The notes: generated from the sequence alone by a model not told the origin. A DNA stretch of 64,000 nt from Lama guanicoe (GCA_013239625.1 MU054831.1:1823408-1887407), one strand, 5' to 3'. Positions 13,235 through 26,284 are shown, numbered from the stretch's first letter. Numbers and translations are program-made.

Positions 13235-13458
13235 GCCTGGGCGCGCTGCCCCTGCACGCACAGCCCCTGGTGGGGGCGGAGCGCGTGTCCCCGTCTGTGC
13301 ACAAGCTGCGGCCGCACCGCCCGCTGGGGCGCACCCAGTCGGCACCCCTGCCCCAGAACGCCCCGGGCCTGCAGCACCTGGTGGTCCAGCAGCAGCACCA
13401 GCAATTCCTGGAGAAGCACAAGCAGCAGTTCCAGCAGCAGCAGCTGCACGTGAGCAAG
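13235..13458 (+). CDS. HDAC4: HDAC4 coding exon (~exon 12): Ser467 14-3-3 site RTQSAP and Gln-rich stretch; alternative in-frame start at 13220
   Basis: tctttcag|GCCTGG ... AGCAAG|gtgggt; 224 nt; (G)[40 protein letters not shown]...QQQQLHVSK. Confidence 0.96.
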
Positions 13459-14039
13459 GTGGGTCTGCGGGCGCGACGGCCCCCTCTGTCCTAGAGGGGG
13501 GCAGGAGACGGGGCGGGGGGGGACCCTGGCCGCAGCGCACGACAGGGCCAGGAAGCTGTGTACGTGGGCTCGGGGCGAGCCAGGCGAGCGGCACAGGCCC
13601 TGCTCAGCAGTGGGGGGGCAGCTGGAACGTGTTGGGTGTGTGCGCCGTCTATGTCCCTGGGGGATGTGCGCGGCTCGCTCGGCCCTGTGTTCTTGAGTTT
13701 CTTAAGGACATTACTCTTCTTAAGCAAACTCCCCTTTACGATGGCACAGAGCCCCCAGAGGACACTTTCCAAGCCCCTGTCACTTGCACTCTGCCTGCCT
13801 GTTGGAGTGACCGCGTCAGGAGGGGTTTATGCCCAGGCGAGCCCTGGGGTCCATGTCCCTCCAAGGTCTGGGACGCCGCTCACACGGCCCACTCTCAACA
13901 GGAGGTAGTGGAAAGGTTAGTGTTGCCCTGCTGGGTGTGAAAGCAGGGAAATGGCGATCCTGAATCACGTTTCTCAGAGGCCGGCGTTTAAAGCAGAGCC
14001 TCTCTAATCAGAGAATGAGATGACCACGTTGCAAAGCGG

Positions 14040-14475
14040 TCCGACACGGTCAGCACGCCGCCCAGCAACTCCGGTCCCAGTGTCTGCCCCGGAGAGCGGA
14101 GGGCACGGCGGCCGTCTCACGAAGGCTCGCCCCAGTGCAGCTCACGACAGGGGACGGTGGGGCAGCCCAAGTGCCCGGCAGACGGCGGGTGGCAAACAGC
14201 CCGTGGCACGTCCATGCAATGGGACACTATTCAGCCACAAAAACTAAATAAACACCTCGTGTGGATTCCACGTAGATGAAGCGTCCAGAACAGGCAGGTT
14301 CAGAGACAGAAAGGAGGTCGGTGGTTGCCCACAGCTGGGGCTACCATGCTTCCCCTTGAGGCGCTGAAATGCTCTGAGGTGGAGTCTGGTGGTGGTGGCA
14401 CGGCGGTATGGTACAATTTGAAAGCGTGACTTTCATGATGTGCGAATTACATCTGCGTACAGCTGTCAACAAAAG
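14040..14475 (+). mobile_element. Old L1 (L1MB/MC-like) ORF2 end and 3'UTR fragment, GC-shifted
   Basis: 'cccagcaactcc', 'tccatgcaatgggacactattcagccacaaaaa', 'cagagacagaaagg..gtggttgcc' and 'atgtgcgaattacatct' follow the order of L1M 3' motifs. Confidence 0.7.
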
Positions 14476-17400
14476 GAGAGGGTGCGGTGCGGTGACAGAA
14501 GGTAGCTCTGCTGATTTTCTGAAGGAAACATGAGGTCTCTGGCGGGTAGGGGGCGGCAGGACTTGGCTCTGGACATGTCTCCCCCCGGGAAGGCCTGCCT
14601 GGTCCTTCCCCCTTTTCAGGTGGACCCTGGTCATCCGTCCTCTGCTTGTCAGACACGGGTAGGCTTCTGTCTGCTTCCTGAGGGACAGAAGGGGCATGGC
14701 AGGGCAGGGGGTGGTTAGGGACCTGGAAGGAGCCCACATCTAGGTGCCCAGAGGCGTGAGGTGGCTGGTGCGGAGGGAGCCGCCCCCTCAAGGTCTGAGG
14801 CACCGCGTGTCACCATCCTGGCTGGGCTCCGCCAGCCCTCCTCACTCTCACCCAGTCCCTGTGCATGACATGCAGTTCCCTCCCCCCAGCCCTCGTCCCA
14901 CCCCATCCGGTCCGTCGGCAGGTAAGGACACTAACTTTAAAGAAGGCGTGTCCCTCACCCTCACTCCCTGGGCTCTGCTCCTTCGCGTCTCGGCCAGACT
15001 GTCACCTCTGGATGGCCCTGACCCCCCCCAAGAACCGCTGTCCCGCGCTGTCCTCCTACCATGTCCTCCTCTGTCCCTGTGACCCCCCCAATCTCACCTT
15101 CACGTTGGGTTCCCCCGCTGGGACGTCAGCCCCAGAGTGGGACCCTGCCTCGTTCACTGGTGGACCCATGCCTGGCATGGTGTGTTTTTGTCGGTGCCAC
15201 TTGCTGAAATGACAGCGTACCTTCCCGGGGCTGCTCCACCACCAAGCCCAGCCCAGCCCCCACCAGGTCTTCAGGCTTCGATTTCCTGCTTCCCAGGACA
15301 GTGGGCTGCCTGGGGCGCATTCCCCAGAGATGTAGCTGCTGTAGCTGCTGTCGGCCCCCACGTGTTCCCAGTCCCCAAGTATGTCTGTGGGACAGTGCCC
15401 CGCTCCTGAGTGACCGGCTACCCCAGACCGTATGCTCACGGCAGGCCAAGCCCAGGCCTCTGCTGCCCACCAGGCCCTGGGAAGCAGGCTGACCACCCCG
15501 TCCCAGAGCCCCTTGGCCCACGGGCTCCCCCACCAGACAGCACAGGGCAGGATCAGAGACAGACAGGGCTGCTGAACACATCCCCCCCGCCGCCCCTGCC
15601 TCCGGACCGGAAGGGCACCTGCCCCCTGTGGGCGGAACGGGCGCCACCAAGTCTGCTCACCCCGAGTGTCAAAGGCATGTCACAGCACCTTCCTGATGCC
15701 AGCTGGCTTCCTAGTTGATCACATCGTTATCTGAGCGAGGGGGTAGGAGGTTTTAGGAGGACGGGGAACACGTGTTCGTATGTGGCACGTTCTTCAGCAG
15801 AATGACGTGGAAGCGGGCTGGTCTCTCTGGACTCTGCTCCGTGACTGACTCGCGGCAGCCAGTGGCAGCTGAGTCGTGTTCACGCTCTGCTCTCCCGGGC
15901 ACTCGGGAGCTGACGACCATGTCTGGTACCGTCCAGCTCTGCTTGTCTGGCCGGCGGGCCCCAAGCTCACCGTCATCCCTGGCGCAGTCTGCTGCTCCAG
16001 TGGTGTCACCCTTAGGGAGGTTGGCCGGCCCAGTTACATTCCCAGTAGCTCCACGTGGCCGCCGGACTTCCCCTGAAGTCCACGTTCCAGACAGCTGCCC
16101 CATTTGGCTGAGAAAAGTCTGCGGGGGAGCAGGTGGGCCCAGGAGCTGGCTCTGTTCACCTCTCCTTCCCGTGGTGGGAGTGACCAGCCCTGCCCTCCAG
16201 CTGGGTGTGACCTTCGAAGTTTGTGTTTTTGTCTTGAGTGCAGTGGTGCTTAGTAAGGCTTTGCTGAGTGAGGGAACTTTCTGGAGAATGCGTTACCATC
16301 AAAGGGCCGTTTGTGAAAAGGGGGAGACGTGCAGAGGCAGAAGTGCGTTTTTCTGTTGAAAGAGGGTATCTGAGGGCTCCCTGCAGCCTGGAGTCCAGTG
16401 CTCTGCTGTGACAGCAGCGCCTGCGGCCGCGGCCAGACGCCACGCACCGGCTCGGTCCTATGGAGCCGCGGGTGGGAGCGCATCCCTTGGAGCTGGGCAG
16501 GTTCCCTTTAATGCGACGTCCTCAATTCTGAGTGTGAAAGCTGGGGCTCGCTTCCGGCTGGCCTGACGGTGAGCGCATCCAGTCACCCTGATGTCCTGAC
16601 CTGCTCGCTGGTTTGGCTTTGGCCCTGGACTCCAGCCTGGCTTTTAGGAATTTGTTGTTCCAAACACGGAGTTGCATTCGTTCTTACTCAGCTGAGAGAA
16701 GGGGACTCGTAAGATTCCCAAAGGTCCTGCCAGACGAAGAGCTGGTTCGTTTGTCCAGTTTCGCTGCCAACGTTTCCACTGGCAGACGAGCCTCACCCCA
16801 GACGGTGGCTCTGCCGAGGGCCCAGTGCACAGCCCAGCCCGTGGGAAGCAGGGGGAGAGTCCGGCCGTGCAGGCACTGGTGGCACTGCTGAGCGGGGACC
16901 CTGGCGCACATAGGATGAGCGTCTGCGTCTTCACAGGGAGGCTGCTGCGTGCGACGCCTCCACTGCTGTAGTGACAACCCTCCCAGACACCCGCCTCGGG
17001 GCCTGAGGGGGGCTGGCAGCAGCCAAGCTACCCCAGCCCCTGCCCAGAGCTTCTCCCGACGGTGGGGTGGGCGCATTCCAGGCGTCCAGGAGCCCTTCAG
17101 CAGAGCTGGGCTCTCTCCTGGGAGCCCAGAGTGTCCTGACTCCTCTGGTGGGGTCTGAGGGCTCTGCTCAGATGCCCTCAGTTTCCAAGGAAGCCAGGGA
17201 GGCAGGAGAGGAGGCCTGGGACGTTGGCCCCGTGTGCAGGCTCTTCCGCGTCCCCAGTCTGCACGCTCCTCCCAGGCCTTCGTCACCTCCAAACCCCTCT
17301 CCTTCCCTCGGATGGCCCGGAGCTCCCATCCACCCCCGCCCAGCCAGGCCCCACCAGGACAGGCTGGGGGAATGAGGCTGGTGCCTCTGGGATCCCTGAG

Positions 17401-17599
17401 GGAGTGAAGCTGCAGGGAAGAGGAGGGGACACTCCCACCCAAGCTGACCCGAGAGGCCAGGGCCCCAGAAGGAGAGAGCAGTGTGCCCGGGCTGGTGGCC
17501 GCGCCCCACCACGTGGGAGAGAGTGCTGTGGAGCAGAGATGGAAACCTCTGGGGCTCACATCAGCCCTTAAACCCTCATTCTTGTCTCTCCCAAAATGA

Positions 17600-18130
17600 A
17601 GTAGGAAGCAGCCCACAGACCAGGCTGCCTGATGGGGGACGAGCAGGAGCCCGAGGTCAGGGGGACCACGCACTCCAGAGATGCTTGAGACTGGCAGTGC
17701 TGGGCAGGCATGGAGTGGGGAGGGTCAGTGGGAGCTCAGGCTGCAGCTTAGCAGGGGCAGGAGAGTGGTTCACTCGCTGGGAAGGAGTCTGAGAGAAAGG
17801 AGAGGTTTGCAAGAAGCTGTGCTGAGTTCAGTATCGGGTCGTGCGTGCCGGTGCCCCAGGCATCCACATCAAGCCCGGATGTCCAGCAGGCCATTGGGTG
17901 ATGGGTCTAGAAATGAGGGCGGTCTGGGCTGCGCACCTGCGTTTGGGGGTCACCAGCATGTGGAGCCTTCAGCAGAGAAGGGATCCCGTTGCCAAAGAGC
18001 TCAGTGTGCTGGGCAGCAGGCCCCGGGCAGACTGGGGACTGAGGAGTGAGCGGGCTGAGGGGCCGCAGAGGGCCGGAGAGGCCGGCTGTCCCCCGTGGAG
18101 TGCTGGCAGCAAGCTCATCACACAGCCCGG
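17600..18130 (-). mobile_element. L2 LINE fragment
   Basis: 'tgagttcagtatcgg', 'gatgtccagcaggcca', 'ggtctgggctg' and 'ttgggggtcaccagcatgt' resemble the antisense L2 consensus; boundaries approximate. Confidence 0.6.
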
Positions 18131-18551
18131 ACTTGGCAGCGAGTGCCAGGATGTGAGTTTCTGGTGGGGTGGCAGGTGGAGGAGAGACAGGCGGTGTTTC
18201 TCCCAGAGGCCATGGCCGTGAAGGAAGGAGGGTACTGTCAGCCTCCCCCTTCACGCCCAGGTGCAGCCGAGGGGTGACGCCCGTGACTCGCATTGTGCTT
18301 CGCTCTGCTTGGCACACAGGTGCCTGATAGCACGCGCCAAATGCTGGGCGGTGTGCCTCCTCAGCACCACGGACAGCGCCCGGCACCCACGCGGTGTGGG
18401 TGAGTAGAAGGGGCCTCGGCCCAGGATGAGCGCGTCCCTGGGTGACTGGTCCCTCTGTGTCTGAGATGAGGCTTTGTGACGTGCCTTCTCCTGTCGCGTC
18501 ACCTCCCTCGCCCGGCTCACACCAGCTCCATCCGTTACCTCTGTGTTGCAG

Positions 18552-18809
18552 ATTATCCCCAAGCCAAGCGAGCCGGCCCGGCAGCCCGAGAGCCACCCTG
18601 AGGAGACGGAGGAGGAGCTGCGGGAACATCAGGCCCTCCTGGAGGAGCCCTTCCTGGACCGGCTCTCGGGGCAGAAGGAGGCGCTGGCACTGGCCGGGGT
18701 GCAGGTGAAGCAGGAGCCCCTCGAGAGTGACGACGAGGAGGCGGAGCCCCCCCGGGAGGCGGAGCCGGGCCAGCGGCAGCCCACCGAGCAGGAGCTGCTC
18801 TTCAGACAG
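18552..18809 (+). CDS. HDAC4: HDAC4 coding exon (~exon 13): acidic region and SUMO consensus VKQE
   Basis: gtgttgcag|ATTATC ... AGACAG|gtgacc; 258 nt; [23 protein letters not shown]...[11 protein letters not shown]...QELLFRQ. Confidence 0.97.
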
Positions 18810-21796
18810 GTGACCCCGCGGAGGGGGCGGGGCTGGCGGGCACGGGGGGACCTACTGCCTGCCCAGGTCCTCGTCCATCTCCCCTGTGATGTGGGAGGCA
18901 GGTGCAGGGAGACGTCTGTCTCACAGCTGTCGTACCTGGAGACCCGGCCCCTGCCCACTGCCTGTGTTTATGCACCTGCGTTCCAGCTAAACACAGACCC
19001 TAAACTCCCTGCGGATGGTTTCCGTCAGGTCTGTAGGCTGTAGATTAACACAAATTCAAGTGTTGGTGGATTCAGCATAAAGGTAGAGAAGAGACCCTGA
19101 TTTATTAATTAATCAAAAAGGCAGGCAGCATCTGCTCAGTGTCTGATGCCAGGACCTTTAGGGCCAAGACGACCTAGTGAGCAGCTTTACAGACCCAGGG
19201 AGGCAGCGTGGCCCAGGCACCCGGAGCGGTATGGCTCCTGGGCACTGGTGTGAGCCGACAAACTCACAAGAGACTGATGGATAAATCCGCCGAACTACTG
19301 CGTTGTTGACATACAGTGAAAAGTAAAGCTGCCAGGTCAGCAGGACACCAGGATTCACGGGCCAGCAACCCCGGGTTAGAAGCCCGAGTGCCCTGGGGGC
19401 TGGCTTGTTCCTGACAAGCGGGGCGTGGAATCTGGTATCTAGTCGAGTCATCCATCAGTGGCGCTGGACGCCTGGGGTGCGAGGCCCTGGCTCGCCCGCT
19501 CCTCCCTGCTGGACCTCGTGCTGGCTGCCCCCCAAGCCCCTCCTCCGCTCTGACAGCCCCGGCGGGACCCCTGCTGCTTGTCCGCCTCCCAGCAGCACCT
19601 GCAGTGAAAACAGGCAGGTGACCCTTGTGTGCAGCATGGGATTAGCGCTGCCTTCTCTGGAGGCCTCTCTGTGGCAGCCGTCGGGCCCGCCCCGGCTTCT
19701 GCACTGCGGGGTGGGGCAATGCAGGCAGCTGGCCCTGCAATGCTTTTCCTGTTTCTCATCCAGAAGGTGGCCTGGCTGATTCCTCAGGCCATATTATTAG
19801 CGCTCAGCCACTGCTCCACAAAGGGCACTGGAACCAGCGCTTAGGGGAAGCTGGGAGGAGGCAGCACGAGGAAGTCGCTGTCTTGCCATCATGCGGACTC
19901 TCTCCATGCCTGGCGGGCCGTCAGGTGGCGGGACCCGAGATGGGACTTCGCTCCCAGGCCGGTGGTGGGGCCTCGAAAGTTCATGAAGGACACCGGTCCC
20001 TTACTGTAACGAGAACTCATGCTGATGTGAGATTGGAAGACATTTTGATCAGCCTTTAGGGCTAGCGTCTCATCAGTGGTAAAGGGGTCAGCATGTACCC
20101 AGGAAAACCAGGCTGAGACAGTCATCAAGAGCCCTTGGTTTCTGTGTCCTTTGGAGAATCGCAAGCACAGCTCCTTGTCAGGGGACCTCGGTGGCACAGG
20201 CGGCAGTCAGCAGATTTGAAACACGAGGCGTCACCGCTTCCTGCAGGCCGCGTGTGTCTACAGAGGGCTCTTTTCTGTGTGAGCCTTCCGGAGCTCCGTC
20301 AGCAGAGGCGGTGGGGGGGGGTGCCGGGTGCGGCCACCTGCCCCTGACTCCCTGCAGGGCCTCCCCAGGCTGCCCTGTCCCTGGCTCTTCCTCTCCACTC
20401 TTCCGCTCCACGTCCTAAAGGCAGCGGGGGCACCGGGGGCACCAGGAGCCGGCCGAGGCGGTCTCCTCCCCTGTGGTTGCAGCCCAGCGACAACCCTGGT
20501 CGAGGGCCTGCTCATCGCACAGGGGACAGGAGTCTTCCCAAGTGACAGCGTTGCCTGGTAGGAATGAGGGCAGGGCTGGAGCTTAGGGTCGCCCAGGAGC
20601 TTGCTGTCTCTGGCACCTGGGCCTGTGCAGTGGGGTGTCCTGCCCCTCCCTCCTTCCCACCTGCCCTGGGAGGAAGCCCCTGCTCCCCGCAGACAGAGCC
20701 GCCCCCTGGCAGGGCACCTCCAGGACCCCACCTCTCCTGCCTGCCTCCCAGGGGACTCCCGTCAGGTCTGCATCCCTGGGACCCAGGCTCCACAGACCTG
20801 CCTCCCACCTCCCTGAGAGCCTGGGTCCCAGGCCCTCTCCCGTCTGCCCCACAGCCCCTCGTGGAGCTTCCCCTGCGTGTTTCTCCACCGGCTCAGAGTG
20901 CAGTGGAGAGGACGGGTGGTGAGCCCCGTCCAGCTTTGGCTGTGGGGCCCTGCGTCCCCGGCTCCAGGTGCTCCGGGTGGCTTCGCCTTCGGGCCGAGGC
21001 CCCTTGGTTTTCAGGCTCCTGCCTCAGGTTTAGGCCCTGCAGTCTCTCACAGAAGCCAGTTCTCCATGTGAAACCTGATTTCTGTGAAAAAGAGTTTTAT
21101 GTAAAGTGTGTGTTTAACTCAGTCCATTTTATTCTGGTTATTTTGGCTGAAGTGGGGCCCTGGGGATTGCCCCTCTGGGTCCTGACTTCTCAGAGGGGAG
21201 CACCCACACCCCTCCGGCCCCGTGCCTCTCCTCTGCCTCAGCCACCCTTTCTGTCCTCGCGTGAGGACCTGAGACCGGGACGGGGAGGAGTGGGGACGGA
21301 GGAGAGGCGGCATCTCCCACAATCACGTGCTCTCTCACCGAGTCCGGGCGTGCAGACCGGGCACCCTGGGCACCGCCAGGTGGCAGCAGGCCCTGCCAGG
21401 AGGGTTGGCTGTACCCTGGCATCTGCAGGGCGGCCAAGCCAGCTGAGTCCCTCCCGTCCTTCACACCTCCCAGCCCCTCCTGGGCAGCCCTTTCCTGTGG
21501 CTGCCACACCCGCCTCCACGTGTGCCACCCCCTCAGGGCCCCCTTGCGGCCCCCAGGCGGGGTCAGGCCACCCTGTCATCTCTGACCTGGCTTGTCAGGG
21601 TCTCTCGGGAACTTCCAGTCTCGTCAGCAGGGCCGAGTCTCCCTGGCTCGCCTGCCACCCCTCCAGCACAGGGAGGGGGTCTGCGCAGGGGCAAGCGGAG
21701 GTGTGGGTGGGTGACTGCAGGAAGGGGACAGATGTCGCCCTTGCGCCGGGAGGCAGAGCGCCTTGCAGCGACAGAAGTGGCCTGTTTCCCCCCCAG

Positions 21797-21983
21797 CAAG
21801 CCCTCCTGCTGGAGCAGCAGCGGATCCACCAGCTGAGGAACTACCAGGCGTCCATGGAGGCTGCCGGCATCCCCGTGTCCTTCGGCGGCCACCGGCCTCT
21901 GTCCCGGGCACAGTCCTCCCCTGCGTCCGCCACCTTCCCCATGTCTGTGCAGGAGCCCCCCAGCAAGCCGCGTTTCACCACAG
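21797..21983 (+). CDS. HDAC4: HDAC4 coding exon (~exon 14): CaMKII docking region and Ser632 14-3-3 site RAQSSP
   Basis: ttccccccccag|CAAGCC ... ACCACAG|gtgagg; 187 nt; [47 protein letters not shown]...PRFTT. Confidence 0.97.
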
Positions 21984-23916
21984 GTGAGGAGGGCGGGGGC
22001 GGCACCCCCTTGGGGCCTGTGCGGGCCAGAGGGCGAGGGGCCGGGGGGGCACTTGCCCTTGATCACCCCGCTCCCCCCTTGGCTTAGCCCCCTTGGCCTT
22101 GCCCGTGTGGCCCGGGTAGCTCCCCGGCATACGTGCGCAGGTGCACGGCGAGTGAGAACCGTGCTCGGGCACTGGCTTCTGCACCGAGTGTCCCCCGCCA
22201 CTGCCAGGGCCCTGGTTCATCCGCCCCGCACCCCCAACCCGGTGGGGGGCCGTCTGCTGGCAGGACTCTCGGTTTCTGCCTGGGGGGCACTCACCACGAG
22301 TCAGGACAGAAGTGTGGCTGAGCGAGGCGTCCACCAGGGTCTGAGGCTCTGACGCCAGAGCTGCCCCCGGGCGGTGCCCCCCCAGCCCTGGACCTGAGGG
22401 CGGCCTCGGGAGCTCCTCCCACGGCGCCTGTCTCACTCACCTGGTGTTTCTTCTCAACAACGTAGTAAGACAAACTTACGTGGACCAGGCCGTCCATCCC
22501 TCCTCAGACAGCCCTGGTAAAACGCCCTGCGTCCCGCGCGCTGCAACGTGCGGAGTGAAGTGGCTGCGTTCCCCTTGGCAGGTCTAAAAGGACACTGTTC
22601 ACGCTCAGAGAAAAGGCTCATAGTCATGCTCCAGAAGTCAAATGGTGGCTTTTCAGAAAAGAAATCCAGAAAACTGCAAAGTGCCCCAAACAGAATCAGC
22701 GGGCGACACTTTTTCAAAGTCTTAAGTCCTTGGCTGTTGGCTGAGATGAGCTCCTTCTTAGAAGGCACAGCTCAGGTGACCGACCCCGGGCCCGGGACCA
22801 CAGTGGAAAGGCTCCCACGTCAGGCACCTCCCGGGCGCTCGGGGGTCCCCACGGGCCAGCATGACATCACCCAGAGTGCCGGCTGGTGGCCCCTCTCTGT
22901 TGATGGACTTTCTTGGTTTGTTCTCATTTTCACTTCTTAAAAAACAGGCGCCAGTGACAGGTGCCCCCTCTCGGCTGTCCTGCCTGCGAGGGCGCCCTTT
23001 CGCCCAGCGACCTACCCTCGTCCCACCCCCGGGAGACCCGCGAGCGAGGTGTCTGCACAGCGCTGGGGCAGGGGAGCAGGCCGCCCCTCCTGGCAGACGT
23101 CCCCGGGGCTGACCCTCCCCCCGGGAGGTGCACCAGGAGGGAGCGGAGCGGCAGCAGACCTCCTGGCCCTGCCCGCCCTCGTCTCCAGACAGGTGGCTTC
23201 CCCCGCCCCCCATGCCTCTTCAGAGTGACGTCGGTCACTTCCACCAGCCTGGAGCGCCACCATCTCCCTGCAGCAGATCCCGGGCTGGTTCCCAGGCTGC
23301 CTGGGCGTCCCTCCCGAGAGTGACCTTGTTCTGGGCGCCCTGAGGGCCGGCTCTGTGCTGGGCACCATCAGGCCTTCACGGCCTTCAGCTCCAGCCCGGG
23401 TGGAAAGTGCAAACTCCTGTGGTTGGTGCAAGTTCCTGGTCCCAGGTTACAGCCTTCTCTAGGGTGACTTTAAACGCACTGGTGTCAGCGTGTCAGTGTG
23501 CTCTGCGCACCCATCCAGCTGCTCTGCAGGCTTCTGAGGGCAGGAACGAGGTCTGTCTTCTGAGCCCCAAGAACCTCAGACCGATCTCAGCCCGTCCACA
23601 GGGCGAGCTCCTCAGCAACGAGGCGCCCTGGCAGGCAGGCTTGATCTGGGGCCAGATCGCTCGTTCCTGGGCCAGCACAGCCCCGGGACGTCGCCACACA
23701 GCTTGCAGCAAGAGAGCTGAGCCCGCGGCGCAGGGGGCCTTCCGCACCTTGCTCGTCCCACTGCCCCTCAGAGCACAGCCGCTCAGCTCTCCTCCCCTCT
23801 AGCGTCCAGGCTCAGACCACGTGGGGAGCAGCGGCTCACCTCCCGCGGTGGGTGGGCCAGCGGCCGGGACCCCGCCCACCCGCCTGACCGCCGCCCGCCT
23901 CTGCCCCCCGCGCCAG

Positions 23917-24050
23917 GCCTGGTGTACGACACGCTGATGCTGAAGCACCAGTGCGCCTGCGGCAACACCAACAGCCACCCGGAGCACGCCGGGAGGATCC
24001 AGAGCATCTGGTCCCGGCTGCAGGAGACCGGCCTGCGCGGCAAATGCGAG
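23917..24050 (+). CDS. HDAC4: HDAC4 coding exon (~exon 15): start of deacetylase domain, structural Zn ligands CxC..H
   Basis: cgcgccag|GCCTGG ... TGCGAG|gtaagc; 134 nt; (G)[44 protein letters not shown]. Confidence 0.97.
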
Positions 24051-24194
24051 GTAAGCCGGCCCCAGGGCACCAGGGCTGCAGTGTGTGACTTCCTGGGGGG
24101 ACACGGGGCACCTGCAGGTGCACAGGCCTACCCTCTGGGACAAGACCAAAGCTGTTTTCCCAAAAGCCCATGTCCCGCCTGTGGGAAGGCCCGC

Positions 24195-24310
24195 CTCTGT
24201 CCTGCACCCCCTGTCCTGTTCCCCCTCTTCATGCACCCCCGATCCTGCACCCCCTGTCCTACACCCCCTCTCCTGCACCGCCTCTCCTGCACCCCATCCT
24301 GCACCCTCTC
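24195..24310. repeat. Degenerate ~13-14 bp minisatellite (tcctgcaccccc..), about 8 units
   Basis: Repeated tcctgcaccccctg / tcctacaccccctc / tcctgcaccgcctc / tcctgcacccc. Confidence 0.8.
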
Positions 24311-25846
24311 TCACATGCTTCTGCTCCTGGTCATTTCCCTGGGAAGCCATTCCCTAGCTGTGTCCCCCATCAATGCCCAGCCCCCACGTGCCCACCAAGT
24401 GGGGACCTGCTGTCCCCCTACCCTGGGAACCCTCAAAGCCAGGGTTGGGCACAGGGCGGTGCTGCCCTGCAGAGTGACCCTGGAAACCTAGAGACCCAAC
24501 CACGTCTATCCTTCACAGCCCAGCACCACCTGGGCCAGGGCCGGAGCGGCACATCGCTGGGGGTGTGGGGGGCCTGGTCAGAATCCCACTCCCTGGGTCC
24601 AGCCCCACCTCCTTGCGAAGCCAGAGTATTTAGGAGTTGAGGGCAGTCTGTCTCACATGGCCTCATTTCTTTTCCAGTTTTATTGTGATGCATGAGTTTT
24701 GGAGGGGAAAGCAGGAACCTGGGTCCAGAATCCCGTCCTGAAGGCCCTCTGGGGAGGACAGGGACCCTGAAGTTGGTGAGGGCTAGAGTGGTGGGCACTG
24801 GCTCCAGGATCCGGCGAGTCTGCACCACTGGGGGGCAGCATTGCCCCAGCGGACACATCCTGGATGCATCCTCCTCCAGGCGGGGCAGGGAGTCCACCCC
24901 ACAGAGCTCCCCCAGCCGGTCCCCTACCCAGAGCAGTGGGGAGGGTGGCAGGGGGTGGGAGAGCCTTTCTGCAGCCTCGTGGCTGTCTCCATGCTGGGAG
25001 GCCAGGCCGCCTGCCTCCAGCACCCTCTCCCTTCACCCCTGCACGTGCAGGCGTCTGCTGGGAGCCTCCCCGAGGTTTCCGGAGCGAGTGCAGCTCCTGG
25101 CCTGCCTCTAACTCTGTGCCCGGGAACACCGGCTGGCCCTGTGAGCCCCTCGTGTCCCCTGGCCCTCCGGGGTCACACTGGCTCTTCCTGCATCACTCTG
25201 ACCCCCAGATCGCCCCTCAGTGCACAATGTCAGCTCAAATCGCGCTTTACAAACCAGCCTCATTCTAAAAGGTTAAGTAAATGTAGCTCAACTCAAGAGT
25301 AGTGATGTTCATGTCAGTTTCTGGGGAAAATCTGAGAACAGCCAAGGGGTCTGGATTTGAGGAATTTCCAAACCGAAGAAAAATGCAGATGGACCTACTG
25401 ATGGTGGGAAGGGCCCGCTGGTGGGGGGAGAGGCCCGTTGGTGTGGGGAACGGCCAGCTGGTAGGGGGAGAGGCGTGCTGCAGGCTGTCCCTCAGCCCCG
25501 CTCCCAGGAAGGCTGCTTTTCCTGACGCTCAGCGATGCTCGCGGGGTCGGGCTTGGCTCCCCTTCCTGGGAATTAAGTGGCAGCCCCACCACCCTAGGCA
25601 GCTCCTTTCTTTTTTTAAGAGCAGACCCCGCCAATTGGAAAGCAAAGCAGTAATTTGGTGCCAAGTCACCTGTGTGACAGTGAAGGTTAAAGCGTTGAAG
25701 GCTGGAATTATCTTTTTTAAAACGTTTTTCTATGTTATCATTAAAGCGTAAATCCTTTAAAACATTTTTTAAGTATTTTAAAGACACCGTGTTGGGTGAT
25801 GTTGCCTTTTACTTAGCAATAACCGCACGACTTTGTGCTCATGTAG

Positions 25847-26284
<438 letters not shown>

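Noticed and set aside
13071-13457. Antisense poly-Cys / poly-Leu / poly-Ala ORFs
   Set aside because: They are reverse-complement readings of the CAG-rich Gln stretch in the HDAC4 exon.
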